From IMG/VR virus record IMGVR_UViG_3300029908_000007, positions 64,001 through 128,000 of that record: 64,000 bases of DNA. The stretch is one strand, 5' to 3'. Of this stretch, positions 18,901-27,467 are shown piece after piece; position 1 is the first letter of the stretch, and each line of letters begins with the position of its first letter. The translations under genes and the position numbers were made by a program. Under the pieces are notes generated by a model. It searched no databases and was not told the origin of the DNA. It saw only the letters and a list, made by a program, of their open reading frames with translations. Source of the DNA: a virus.

Positions 18901-19468
18901 GTTTAGAGACAAAAAAGCAGAGGCTGATAAGAAGTTCAAGAATATGAGAGCGTTACAGCCTAAAGAAGGTGTTGTTCCCTCCCAGTATCTCAATTTGTCG
19001 CCTCTCAAAGACATCGCTATGAAAAAAGCCGTACTCCCAACGCTCCCCGTAGATCTTCACGGACTGGGCTTAAAATATAGCCGCTGTTTGGATCCCTACA
19101 CTACCAATAGCAAAGTCACCGATCCCGTCACCAATAAGTCGACGTTCTTGGTGGATGGCAACGTAATCAAGCGTATCGACGCTCTGGAGGGCTTCCAGGT
19201 CGAAAAAGACATATACGCCGCTGCTACCTGCTATATCATCGATGCCAAGGAATTCAGCTATGCCAAGGGCGCTAAGACGGCTTTAAAGCTCACCTTTGAC
19301 ACCGGCGACGGCAACATCATGGAAAAAGTGCTATGGCCGGATTATAATACCGGGATTCTGGAATACCCAAAGGAAGTAAAACGGGGCAGTATATGTACGT
19401 TATTCATGAAGAAACGTCAGGACAAGAGCGGTGAGATGTCGGTGTTCTCAATTGTAGTAGAAGGCTAA
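15914..19468 (+). CDS. dnaE: DNA polymerase III alpha subunit (family C)
   Basis: PHP domain (HTHT), GRGSAAGSL, DIDLD, KHASG, KYDFL, YQEQ, YSFNKSH. Confidence 0.95.
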   Translation: MTFVSTHTHTESFLTASKLSSFISRAKDLGRTHFVQIDQGNLSNALKAHGQAKKAGLKSILGIEVFFKDSSCPVISGTKTDRCRYFNLSIYALDQSAYQEIVRLVSKFDRPVIDIREESQSLWQWSDLEHISKFNVNVVLSGVHCIVGKPALDNRPDLAEGVFLKLNTLFKNRLYAAMLCTEWSKKYAQIVQITYRDGTTDCLMDTDSVATDRARRIKAIELVDNNRHAVIKNKISGGIYSEVEKEIEKVILKKGFLPLPVDAALVVNRTLKSLAEKYGIPVLATDHAFYAEASDRIVQDLILEGKTRIKSSLHMRSQEEVLDYLTKIMELSPSDANKIINNSAQWASLFDTFDLKYDWHLASTNGQDPLKMCMAAIQKNGRMKWDDKAYTERLKEEWAVLVKNGKKNMLPYFFPIEDIVEFYKNSGYLTGPGRGSAAGSLLAYLLCITHVNPLKHGLSFSRFYSMTRIENNQVADIDLDLGDRVPLVGEDGKSGYLYSRWGNCAAQIGTKAMIRLKSAIKDVNRYLNGSVERSILTLTEGLPAAPQGVSDHNFIWGYEDDDGNHVPGLIEQSKELRAYMKEKPREWEIVSKTVGVTRSWSKHASGFCISDIPIRDMVPLRDGVITQYEAKQVEESGALKYDFLVVHNIKDIQVCLELINKKNNEKHETGYFTHNGVKTFVWDLTEDLEAFKSVWSGDTNTIFQLNTKSMTPFVKDILPQSIEDLSTILSLVRPGPLDFVSEDTGRNMAEEFVHRKNCGSYNDIEILNKLIPETYSVLVYQEQVTKIAKELAGFSGTEAEILRENIGKKKAVELAKQKPKFVEGASKHISKEEAELLWDRIETFGRYSFNKSHGISYSYITYACMFLRHNYRLEWYAAILSNASEQEITGKLWPTVKNLIAPPDINLSNEMMAVDYANKNIRSKLGIIRGMGDITLEPIIANRPYRDIQDFVDKDVAGPSLAHKLIHVGIMDSLFEPGMSLVEKLKAYEDAAEIKKFRDKKAEADKKFKNMRALQPKEGVVPSQYLNLSPLKDIAMKKAVLPTLPVDLHGLGLKYSRCLDPYTTNSKVTDPVTNKSTFLVDGNVIKRIDALEGFQVEKDIYAAATCYIIDAKEFSYAKGAKTALKLTFDTGDGNIMEKVLWPDYNTGILEYPKEVKRGSICTLFMKKRQDKSGEMSVFSIVVEG

Positions 19469-19476
19469 CTTTTCTC

Positions 19477-19505
19477 TTGACATTTTTAAAACGATTTAGT
19501 ATATT
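19477..19505 (+). promoter_or_regulatory. Promoter TTGACA-17-TATATT (leaderless geometry)
   Basis: -10 ends 6 nt before the ATG at 19512; no RBS. Confidence 0.75.
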
Positions 19506-19511
19506 ACCGAT

Positions 19512-20231
19512 ATGAAGCGTTTGGTTTACCCCCTACTCGTATGGCTTTTGGTCTCAACCCTGGTATACGCCAGGACCCACCACAAGCCCGGTAAGACGCT
19601 TCGTATTGCCGTAATCGACACCGGATTGGATCTCAACGATCCCCGCCTCAGCAACCATCTCTGCAGAACCGGTCACAAAGATTTCACCGGTGAAGGCCTG
19701 GTTGATTTGAACGGACACGGCACACATATCGCCGGTCTTATAGAAAAATATGCGGGTGAGGGAAACTACTGTCTTGTGATATATAAGTACTTTGCAACCG
19801 GTGACAAAGCCAAATACAATGCCAGGCATGAAGTCGACGCTATAGCCGAAGCCGTTAAAAATCACGTCGACGTTGTTAATATTTCCAGCGGTGGACCGGA
19901 GTTTGTAAAAAGAGAGTATGATTTAATCAGGTTTCATCCAAGAACCACCTTTGTTTTGGCAGCTGGAAACGAAGGACACGATCTAGACAGAGATTGTAAC
20001 TACTATCCGGCTTGCTACCTGCTCGGTAACGAAAAAATTGTCGGAAATGTCACAGAAACCGGAGCCATGGTTACATCTTCTAATTACGGCAACGTGCTTT
20101 CAGCGGTAGAAGTTGGGGACAATGTTTTGTCAACAGCACCTAACGGTGGTATGACACACAGCACTGGAACCAGCCAAGCCACAGCAATTAGAACCGGCAA
20201 GCTTATAAAGGAAATGTTAGATGCAAAATAA
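19512..20231 (+). CDS. Secreted subtilisin-like (S8) serine protease
   Basis: Signal peptide; IAVIDTG, HGTHIAG, AAGN, GTSQA. Confidence 0.9.
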   Translation: MKRLVYPLLVWLLVSTLVYARTHHKPGKTLRIAVIDTGLDLNDPRLSNHLCRTGHKDFTGEGLVDLNGHGTHIAGLIEKYAGEGNYCLVIYKYFATGDKAKYNARHEVDAIAEAVKNHVDVVNISSGGPEFVKREYDLIRFHPRTTFVLAAGNEGHDLDRDCNYYPACYLLGNEKIVGNVTETGAMVTSSNYGNVLSAVEVGDNVLSTAPNGGMTHSTGTSQATAIRTGKLIKEMLDAK

Positions 20232-20463
20232 CGTCTTTCAAAACAGAGTGGTCAAAACCAAAAAATTAGGCAAGGATGCTTTAATGCAGGTTAGCATAAA
20301 TGAAATCGCTAAGCGGATTTTTGTTGACTTTTCATCCGTAGATGGTAGGATTAAGATTCAGAAGAGTTTTCAAGACACTTTTGAGGGTAAGAAACTAGCT
20401 AAGGAATTTGAAAAAAGATTTAAAAATCTAAATGAAATTAAGGGTTATTTAGGTATTAAATGA
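20221..20463 (+). CDS. Hypothetical protein
   Basis: AAGGA RBS; operon packing. Confidence 0.65.
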   Translation: MQNNVFQNRVVKTKKLGKDALMQVSINEIAKRIFVDFSSVDGRIKIQKSFQDTFEGKKLAKEFEKRFKNLNEIKGYLGIK

Positions 20464-20822
20464 AGAAGATTAAAACCAAACCCAGAGAAGTAGAGGTTTA
20501 TCTGGATGGTACTGATTGGCGGTATGAAATCGGTCATGCCGCTGATGGTAATCGTGTCTATCCCAGCGTCGATTGTCTTAAAGAAGAAAATAAGTGCTGG
20601 GATGAGTGTGGGATAGTTAAATGTAAGCTGGTTTTTATGGAAACCGTGATTCCGGAAGTCGATCCTAAAGATTGGAAAAACACCACTCCTATGGTGGAAT
20701 GCGATGTAGATAGGGACCGCTTAGCAGCCGCAGAAAGACACTTAGGATATCTCGAAGAAAAAGTGATGAAACAGCTGAATAAGGTTATTCAGTTAAAAGC
20801 AAATATAAAGGGGAAGAAATAA
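20460..20822 (+). CDS. Hypothetical protein
   Basis: ATGA-coupled ORF. Confidence 0.7.
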   Translation: MKKIKTKPREVEVYLDGTDWRYEIGHAADGNRVYPSVDCLKEENKCWDECGIVKCKLVFMETVIPEVDPKDWKNTTPMVECDVDRDRLAAAERHLGYLEEKVMKQLNKVIQLKANIKGKK

Positions 20823-21601
20823 TGTCGTTATCAAGTATTCTAGAACAAATCAAGACGGTTAAACCAATTGCAGAGATGGATATCCTCGTAGGACCCAGAG
20901 AAACGTATGCGGGACGAGAAGGTATGCAACGCAATGCCAAAGAAGAATTTAAGACGCTAAAAGAACAGTATACCAACGAACTCCGCCAAACCGCAGCCTT
21001 CATCCTGATATCGGGCTCCGGCAAGGAAACCTTTCAAACCCTAGCTACTACTGAGTTCAACTGCTTTTCAGCGGACAGCGAGGGCTTCTATAAGGCATTG
21101 GCTGATCGCATCCCCGCCGAACTCTACGCTAATAAGACGCCAGCGGGCAATCTGTTCGATGTCATGGGGCGACACCTTGAAGACATGGCCAATGATCTCG
21201 GGATTATCGGATATCCTCAACTGATCTTTAAACAACAATATCAACGCGCTATCGATGGAAAAGCTGACTTTGTGAAGCTGATTAAGCAAGCCATTAATGA
21301 ACAAGTGGGTTCGGAAATCGTGGGTATCTATACTGCTAAAGTTTTGACCGATGAAGCCATTTCTAAAAACCATGGTCTTTCTATTACTCCAGTTGTCATG
21401 ACTACCGATGACGAAGCCTTGGCTTTAGATCTCAACGAAACACTATATCGCGCTGGTTCCCGAGCTTTCTTGGTGGCTGCTGGGAAGGGCGCCAAGAGCA
21501 TTCGAGCCGTGGAAGGTGCATTTGCTATCAAAGAAGTCGATGCCGATAGTGTAAAAAATGTCTTGACAAATATAAGCAAGATGTGTAAGAATATACGATG
21601 A
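20822..21601 (+). CDS. Hypothetical protein with a degenerate P-loop-like segment
   Basis: 'ILISGSGKETF'; no other NTPase motifs recognised. Confidence 0.6.
   Translation: MSLSSILEQIKTVKPIAEMDILVGPRETYAGREGMQRNAKEEFKTLKEQYTNELRQTAAFILISGSGKETFQTLATTEFNCFSADSEGFYKALADRIPAELYANKTPAGNLFDVMGRHLEDMANDLGIIGYPQLIFKQQYQRAIDGKADFVKLIKQAINEQVGSEIVGIYTAKVLTDEAISKNHGLSITPVVMTTDDEALALDLNETLYRAGSRAFLVAAGKGAKSIRAVEGAFAIKEVDADSVKNVLTNISKMCKNIR
21563..21592 (+). promoter_or_regulatory. Possible promoter TTGACA...TGT-AAGAAT upstream of the SSB gene
   Basis: Perfect -35; weak -10. Confidence 0.45.
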
Positions 21602-21645
21602 GAGATGAAATAGAAAGAATTGCTAAAATTAAAAAGGAAAGAAAT

Positions 21646-22716
21646 ATGAAAATTAATAACGGACGAAATAGTGCAAGTAGTAATTTTACCCAAGCAAAAA
21701 CGGTTAAGCTGAAGGACGGCGACCAAATCTATCGCATTTTGCCAGCAATTGGCGATCTCGCAGATGCCAATATTTGGCACGTATTTTATGGCGTTCATTG
21801 GGGCTATAAGACTACGGATGGTAAAAAGAAGCCCTTCGCCAGTCCCGAGAAGAAGGACCATAAGGTCAAACCTGCGGTTGTTGTAATTCCTGATGCAGCC
21901 AAAGATCGTTTGAATATGCTCAAGGGCAAGCTCGAAGAAGCTAAGAAAAGCGGGAACCAAGCTATTATTAATAAGCTCCAACCGTTGGTTGGTTTTGGAA
22001 AAGACACTGTTTATAATCTGGATAGCAATCATCACATGAATGCCATCGATGCCAGCGGCAACATTGTGGTTCTTAAGATTAAACATAAATGCTTCGTTCA
22101 ATTGGAAGCCTTAATCAAGAAGCTCGAAGCCAGCGGAACCTATCCCCTCAGTCTCGATGATGGCCGATACTTCGTGTTTACTCGTACCGGCATGGGTAAC
22201 GATACCGGATTTGCGGTGAACGTGCTTCAAGAAGACGTCGAAGTCCAGGGTTATGGTAAGATGAAGCGCGACGTAAGTCATGTTGTTACTCACGAAATCA
22301 TTAGCCGCTTAAGTAAAGAAGCTGGTAAGCTCGACCAACTGTTCGTAAAACCTACCGCTGACCAAGTCGCACGTATCGTGGAAACCTCGAATCTTGATAC
22401 CGGCGTTTCTCCTTACATGGACGAATTGTTCTCTAAGGCCGCTCCCGCAGCTGCCGACAACAGCGAAGGCAATGACGACGGAGACTATGTTCCCGAAAAA
22501 GCTCCTGTACCGGTTGCTGCGGCACCAGCACCAGCTCCGGTAATTACGCCGGTATCGGCTCCTGTGGCTGCCGCTCCCCAGGCTACTGTGAGCCCGATTA
22601 AACCGGCTCCAGCAGCAGTTAAACTAGGGGTTGTCTTACCAAAGACCAACAAGGTCTCTATTGAAGACATGAGCCAGGAAGATTTCTTGGCCGGACTTGA
22701 AAACGGAACTTTGTAA
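21646..22716 (+). CDS. Single-stranded DNA-binding protein (T4 gp32-like)
   Basis: 'KLKDGDQIYRILP...HWG' N-terminus, 'GRYFVFTRTG', Pro/Ala linker, acidic-hydrophobic tail EDMSQEDFLAGL; alternative start at 21598. Confidence 0.75.
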   Translation: MKINNGRNSASSNFTQAKTVKLKDGDQIYRILPAIGDLADANIWHVFYGVHWGYKTTDGKKKPFASPEKKDHKVKPAVVVIPDAAKDRLNMLKGKLEEAKKSGNQAIINKLQPLVGFGKDTVYNLDSNHHMNAIDASGNIVVLKIKHKCFVQLEALIKKLEASGTYPLSLDDGRYFVFTRTGMGNDTGFAVNVLQEDVEVQGYGKMKRDVSHVVTHEIISRLSKEAGKLDQLFVKPTADQVARIVETSNLDTGVSPYMDELFSKAAPAAADNSEGNDDGDYVPEKAPVPVAAAPAPAPVITPVSAPVAAAPQATVSPIKPAPAAVKLGVVLPKTNKVSIEDMSQEDFLAGLENGTL

Positions 22717-22723
22717 TAGTTAA

Positions 22724-22819
22724 TGGGGTCACGAGTAGGCAGTTTAAATGGGGTTTTACCGTCCAGCGGGTAGTGAATTGTACAATAGCGAACCCGGTAG
22801 CCAATGGTGTCCCGGCCCA
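22724..22819 (+). ncRNA. Candidate structured intergenic RNA (unassigned)
   Basis: GC-rich gap with nested stems TGGG/CCCA, GGC/GCC, TGG-GGT/ACC-CCA, CGGGT/ACCCG and palindrome ATTGTACAAT. Confidence 0.35.
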
Positions 22820-22867
22820 CAATTTAAGGTAAAAAATGGTGTCCCGGCCCACAATTTAAGGTAAAAA
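22804..22867 (+). repeat. Perfect 32-bp tandem duplication (2 copies)
   Basis: ATGGTGTCCCGGCCCACAATTTAAGGTAAAAA at 22804-22835 and 22836-22867, followed by the ATG at 22868. Confidence 0.95.
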
Positions 22868-23392
22868 ATGAGCGACTTAGTAACAAATGAACAAGCGATA
22901 GTGCTCCCAGCCTTTGGTAAAACACCCCAGCTGAGACTAGAGATGTCGGTTATAAGGGAAGCAGAACGACGGCTAATCGAAGCTAAAACAGTGTCTCCGG
23001 TGACTTACGCTGATTTGAGTCATACCTACAATGAAAGCTATCGCGTGCTTAAACAACACCTGTCCAGTTTAGGTTTCCATCTGATGGCGACTGATAAAGC
23101 CCTTGAGGAAGCCAAGGCCGAAGTAATCCTGGGAAGCTATGCGGAATTTCTTGTAGATAAACCCAAGAGTACGGGTAGTGCGGATCTCAGGAATGCTTTT
23201 CTTATCAAGGATCCCGCCTATAATGCTGCTTTGGACCGTATCAATCAACTCAAGGCGTTGATCTCCAACTTTGAGGGCAAGGTTAAAGTCTTAGAAAACG
23301 TGGTTTCTTATATGAAACAAGAGATGTACTTGGTCAGCAGGTCGGGATTAAGTGGTAAAAATTTACATGTAACGAGTGGAGAAGGAAATTGA
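22868..23392 (+). CDS. UvsY-like recombination mediator (putative)
   Basis: All-helical; 'AFLIKDPAY..ALDRINQLK' pattern; lies between SSB and RecA. Confidence 0.5.
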   Translation: MSDLVTNEQAIVLPAFGKTPQLRLEMSVIREAERRLIEAKTVSPVTYADLSHTYNESYRVLKQHLSSLGFHLMATDKALEEAKAEVILGSYAEFLVDKPKSTGSADLRNAFLIKDPAYNAALDRINQLKALISNFEGKVKVLENVVSYMKQEMYLVSRSGLSGKNLHVTSGEGN

Positions 23393-23393
23393 A

Positions 23394-24443
23394 ATGGCTA
23401 ATAAATGGTTAAAAGAATTAAGGGCTTACGACGATACCGTAAAATACGACTACGACAGTTTTGCGCCAGAAAATTGTCTTTACACACCAAGTCCTTATTT
23501 CAATTGGATCTTCGCTAATAAAGCAAACGGCGCACCAAAGAACAGCTCCATTCTTTTCTTCTCCGAACCCAAGGCTGGTAAGTCTCTATCGATTTACGCT
23601 ATTATCAAAGAAATGCAGGCTCGTGACCCCGAAGGCATTAGTATCTATTTCAATACCGAGTGTCGTGGTCAGCTTCAGTTCGAAGCAATTCCTGGAATCG
23701 ATCAAGACCGTTCTATTATTTACGACACCAATCAAGCTACGGAGATCTTCGATCGTATAGAAAACGATATCAAAGCCATGGTACAGGACGGCATGCCACT
23801 CAGAATTATCGCCATCGATTCCTTGAATGGTATTATGGGGACCAAGCGCGGCGATACAGACTCTGTAGCCAATCATTTGATGGGTGATCAAGCGCTTACG
23901 CTTAAGAATGGTCTAAGTAAGCTAATCCCTTTCTGTAAGCGCAATGGTATTCTTCTTATTGGGACTGCGCAAATGGCTGCCAATCTAGATGCGGGCTCCT
24001 ACGGACCCAAGGAAAAAATGAGCGCGTCGTGGTATACCAAACATGCTTTTGAGTACTATATTTCCTTGAAACGCGCAGGCGCCGCAGAAGATAAACAGGA
24101 TATCGCCGGTAAGACTTTCGAAGAAGACGAATTTAAAGATGCCCGTGGAAACAAACTTCTAAACGCCCACAAAGTATATGTCAAAATGGAGCAATCCTCG
24201 ATCGGGCAAGCCGGTCGGGCAGGTGTTTTTACTTTGAGTTACGACCAGGGAATCATCAATCAAAACGAAGAAATTTTCTGGCTTGGCAAAAATCTAGGTA
24301 TTATTACAACTCCAAATAACAGAACCTACACTTTCGCCGGACAATCATTCAATGGTAAAAAGGAATGCGCTAATGCTATCAAGGATGACCCCAAACTTGC
24401 TGCCGCTATCTTAGAAGAAGTTCGTAGGCTCGACAATAAGTGA
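23394..24443 (+). CDS. recA: RecA/UvsX-like recombinase
   Basis: SEPKAGKS Walker A, FNTE, IAIDSL, GDQA. Confidence 0.88.
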   Translation: MANKWLKELRAYDDTVKYDYDSFAPENCLYTPSPYFNWIFANKANGAPKNSSILFFSEPKAGKSLSIYAIIKEMQARDPEGISIYFNTECRGQLQFEAIPGIDQDRSIIYDTNQATEIFDRIENDIKAMVQDGMPLRIIAIDSLNGIMGTKRGDTDSVANHLMGDQALTLKNGLSKLIPFCKRNGILLIGTAQMAANLDAGSYGPKEKMSASWYTKHAFEYYISLKRAGAAEDKQDIAGKTFEEDEFKDARGNKLLNAHKVYVKMEQSSIGQAGRAGVFTLSYDQGIINQNEEIFWLGKNLGIITTPNNRTYTFAGQSFNGKKECANAIKDDPKLAAAILEEVRRLDNK

Positions 24444-25345
24444 TACCAAAGGCACAAATGAAATTACCCGACATTCATAAGCGGATTTCGCATAAAAACG
24501 AGTTCGAACTCTGTTTTCTTAGACATCAATACCTGCGTCGTATAAAGCATAACGCCACCAGAGAGGAAATGGAGCCATATCTTAAGATCGTCGATAACTT
24601 CGGGAAGAACACTTATTATACTTACAAAAATCTATTTCTTTTGGTTGGCATGGACTTCGAAGACGTACTCAACATTACCCAGGTATATCTCGCCACTTAT
24701 ATTGGATTATTCGCCTTAGAAAGAAATCCGGATAAGCTCAGAGAATTTAAAGCGGCTTTCAAAAATCGAAACAGTATTCGTTGCTCAAAAGAAAATATTT
24801 TGGATAAGAATAAGGCAAACTTCACCTGCTTCCTTAAGCAACGCCTGCAAGACTTGGTCCGCGTCTGCCGTCAAAAAGCCAAGAATATTAAGGGGATTGT
24901 CGCCGAAGAATTTTTGGTCTTTACGGGAACCAAAGCCCCTCCAGTTGACATCGAAGAGCTGTTGGAAAGCCACGACAGGTACGGCTATCGCCCACTGGAC
25001 ACCAACGTGTTCAAAACCATTAAGAAGAAAATTATGGGCCAGGAAGGTCCGGTATACACATTTAATAAAAACTGGTATGTTTGTGTGCCAATTCGAAAAA
25101 AGGCCTTGACCTTAACCGACTTCGTGTGTAATAATTATGATCCAAGGGAGAACCTTTGCAACATGACACCCGAAGAGTACCTGGACGTAAAAGATGAAGC
25201 CGTGCGGTCTCGCGAATTCCAAGAGTCTTCCGCAGAAGATAAAGCCGAAGTCATCAGAACGTTTTTAGTTAAAAACGAAGAAAATCCAGAGTTTGAAGAA
25301 GAAGTTCGGATTGCTCAAAAGTTTCTCAAGAATTTAGGGGTTTAG
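24440..25345 (+). CDS. Divergent sigma-factor-like protein (putative)
   Basis: 'YLKIVDNFGK...GMDFEDVLNITQVYL' (region 2.1/2.2-like) and 'ANFTCFLKQRLQDLVR' (2.3/2.4-like). Confidence 0.4.
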   Translation: MIPKAQMKLPDIHKRISHKNEFELCFLRHQYLRRIKHNATREEMEPYLKIVDNFGKNTYYTYKNLFLLVGMDFEDVLNITQVYLATYIGLFALERNPDKLREFKAAFKNRNSIRCSKENILDKNKANFTCFLKQRLQDLVRVCRQKAKNIKGIVAEEFLVFTGTKAPPVDIEELLESHDRYGYRPLDTNVFKTIKKKIMGQEGPVYTFNKNWYVCVPIRKKALTLTDFVCNNYDPRENLCNMTPEEYLDVKDEAVRSREFQESSAEDKAEVIRTFLVKNEENPEFEEEVRIAQKFLKNLGV

Positions 25346-25927
25346 ATGGAAGCCAATGTAAGTTTCGAAGAAGTCGTCCGTGCATGGCTACTTGAGTACG
25401 ACGACCGCTTGCCAAATGACAAAAAAGATCGTATAGAAGCGTTTATAGTGCTTTTGGGCAACCTTGCCGAGTACGGTTTTAAAAAAGAAGACATCACTAA
25501 TACCAGAAAAGAAAAGATCGTTCGCAGCTGTGTCAATCCCAATCACCATAAGAGCAAATTGAAGATATGGGTTTCCATGGTAGTCCAGGCTTTTGAAGCC
25601 GCAGTCCTTATTTACTACGGCACGGTTAAGATCAAAAAAGACGTCGTGACCCCAGAAATGGCAGCTAAGATCGACTCCATCGGTCAGAAAGCCGAAGAAG
25701 GTAGGGAACTTAGAAGCCCTTCAGCTAGTCACGACGACAACCACGACCCCGACGCTCCCTTAAACCTAGAAGGCGATCCTATTGACATCGACATAGCCGT
25801 AAGACAGGCTGTTAGGAATCCCGGAGACGCGCCGGAATTTGAGATCACCGACGCCATGCTAGACGGGATGGACGGTCCTGAGATCGTCTGGGACGCTGAT
25901 TTTAACAAGAAACTGGGCATCGAATGA
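25346..25927 (+). CDS. Hypothetical protein (acidic C-terminus)
   Basis: Operon packing directly before the helicase. Confidence 0.75.
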   Translation: MEANVSFEEVVRAWLLEYDDRLPNDKKDRIEAFIVLLGNLAEYGFKKEDITNTRKEKIVRSCVNPNHHKSKLKIWVSMVVQAFEAAVLIYYGTVKIKKDVVTPEMAAKIDSIGQKAEEGRELRSPSASHDDNHDPDAPLNLEGDPIDIDIAVRQAVRNPGDAPEFEITDAMLDGMDGPEIVWDADFNKKLGIE

Positions 25928-27078
25928 GCGAAGCCGTTAAAAAGTTCCAAGAAGCGCTGGAAAAAGATCAAGCGTATGAAAAGGAACTCAATAAAAAGAA
26001 AAAAGAAGTCCAAGAAAAGCGACTTCTGGTGGATGAGTTCAAGCTCACCAATGAATTGGAGCGCATTACTCAAAACAAATCCGACATGGCTAAAGCTAAG
26101 AATGTCAACGTCGGTATTATGAGTGAAGAAGAAATCGCTGACACGCAGGCCAAAAATAGAGCCTATTTAGAGGGCGCTAAAAACGGCATGTTATTTTTAA
26201 ATGAAAGTTTTAGGAAGTACATCCCGCTATGGGCTGGTAATATCGTTTTAATCGGTGCCAGAACCGGTTCTGGTAAGAGTAGTGCGGCTGCTAATCTGAT
26301 CCTAACAACTATGACGCAAAAGCATCCGGAAACCGGAGAGAATCGTAAAATATTAACTATTAGCTGTGAAGAAACCCCTCTACAAGTCTATAACCGTCTA
26401 ACCTGTTTGGTTAAGGGCTACGACTACAGCGATCAAGACACCTATACCGATCAGCAAAAACAGGATCTTGTGGATTTCAGTGGTAAATGGCCAAGGCTCG
26501 GTATCAGCGTCATCGGAGAGGATGGTAGAGGTCGTACCGACAGCGTGGAAGGTATTCGTAGTATTTTTGAAGCTCTGGTCTCTAGCGGAACCCAATACGA
26601 TTTAATTATCATCGACTACATTCAGAAAATCATCAATAGTAAAAGCAATCCCAGCGCAAAACCTTACGATGTCCTTAAAGAAGTGATGAGCGTTCTTGAC
26701 CATTACAAAAACATATATCCGGCTTGTATAGTTGTGATGAGTCAGCTGAGTTCTCAGAAATCCGGCGATCCCGAAAACGAACTAGATTTTCAAGACCGCC
26801 TGAGAGGATCCAGAGATATTATCACACCGTGTACAGTGGCCATGGAAATGGTTCCCGACTTTCAAAAACTCAAGACTCGTTGGCATATCAGAAAAAACAG
26901 ATATAAGGGTAGTGTTGTTGGCGGTTACATTGATACCGCCTACGATAAAGGCCGTTTTAAGCCCCTAACCCCAGCATGGGAAAAGATGGTGGCTGAGAGA
27001 AATGAAGCCAAAGAACGTGCCGATAGTGTTGGTAAATACGAAAACAAAAAGGGAGATGAAAATGGACAGAAAAACTAG
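25924..27078 (+). CDS. DnaB-like (SF4) replicative helicase
   Basis: GARTGSGKS, ISCEE, IIIDYIQ, MSQL, LRGSRDI, KNR. Confidence 0.9.
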   Translation: MSEAVKKFQEALEKDQAYEKELNKKKKEVQEKRLLVDEFKLTNELERITQNKSDMAKAKNVNVGIMSEEEIADTQAKNRAYLEGAKNGMLFLNESFRKYIPLWAGNIVLIGARTGSGKSSAAANLILTTMTQKHPETGENRKILTISCEETPLQVYNRLTCLVKGYDYSDQDTYTDQQKQDLVDFSGKWPRLGISVIGEDGRGRTDSVEGIRSIFEALVSSGTQYDLIIIDYIQKIINSKSNPSAKPYDVLKEVMSVLDHYKNIYPACIVVMSQLSSQKSGDPENELDFQDRLRGSRDIITPCTVAMEMVPDFQKLKTRWHIRKNRYKGSVVGGYIDTAYDKGRFKPLTPAWEKMVAERNEAKERADSVGKYENKKGDENGQKN

Positions 27079-27436
27079 GGAAGAATTGAGTCAGTTGTCA
27101 ACGCAGGTATTTGGTAGCAGTTCGAAATGGCAGAAATTTGTCGAAGACGGCGAAATGGTGCCAGTTATGGAAACCGTCAAAGTTTTAGACGGCGCCACCA
27201 AGGAAACCAAAGAAGAACAACGCCAGGTCATGCACATGGGCAAGAATGGTGCCGAAGTACCAAAATTTGAGATCAAACACTACACCGCTGAAACCATTCG
27301 AGAACGGATGATTACGATTAAGACCCAAAAAAAACAGGTCCAGGCTCTGATTGAGAAATTACAAAAAGAAGAAGCTGATAAGAAAGCCGCTATCGAAGCC
27401 GTAACCGCTCAATCCGGCAGTGCAAATATCGCTTGA
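27062..27436 (+). CDS. Hypothetical protein
   Basis: GGAG RBS. Confidence 0.7.
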   Translation: MDRKTREELSQLSTQVFGSSSKWQKFVEDGEMVPVMETVKVLDGATKETKEEQRQVMHMGKNGAEVPKFEIKHYTAETIRERMITIKTQKKQVQALIEKLQKEEADKKAAIEAVTAQSGSANIA

Positions 27437-27461
27437 CTTTTACATACAGTGGGTTTAGGAT
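27433..27461 (+). promoter_or_regulatory. Promoter TTGACT-17-TAGGAT (leaderless geometry)
   Basis: -10 ends 6 nt before the ATG at 27468. Confidence 0.6.
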
Positions 27462-27467
27462 GGGATT

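Noticed and set aside
15914-19468. Functional intein or intron in dnaE
   Set aside because: No splice-junction residues, TxxH or LAGLIDADG motifs; the gene is continuous and of normal length.
21328-22101. Long antisense ORF (257 aa) and the many other opposite-strand ORFs in the track
   Set aside because: They are shadows of well-supported genes, with no RBS or recognisable motifs.
22724-22819. tRNA, tmRNA, or a canonical pistol/twister/HDV ribozyme
   Set aside because: There is no TTC T-loop or cloverleaf, and the required pseudoknot pairings could not be completed by eye. Kept only as an unassigned structure.
22804-22867. 32-bp repeat as a mini-CRISPR array
   Set aside because: The copies are directly adjacent with no spacer, and no cas genes are in the window.
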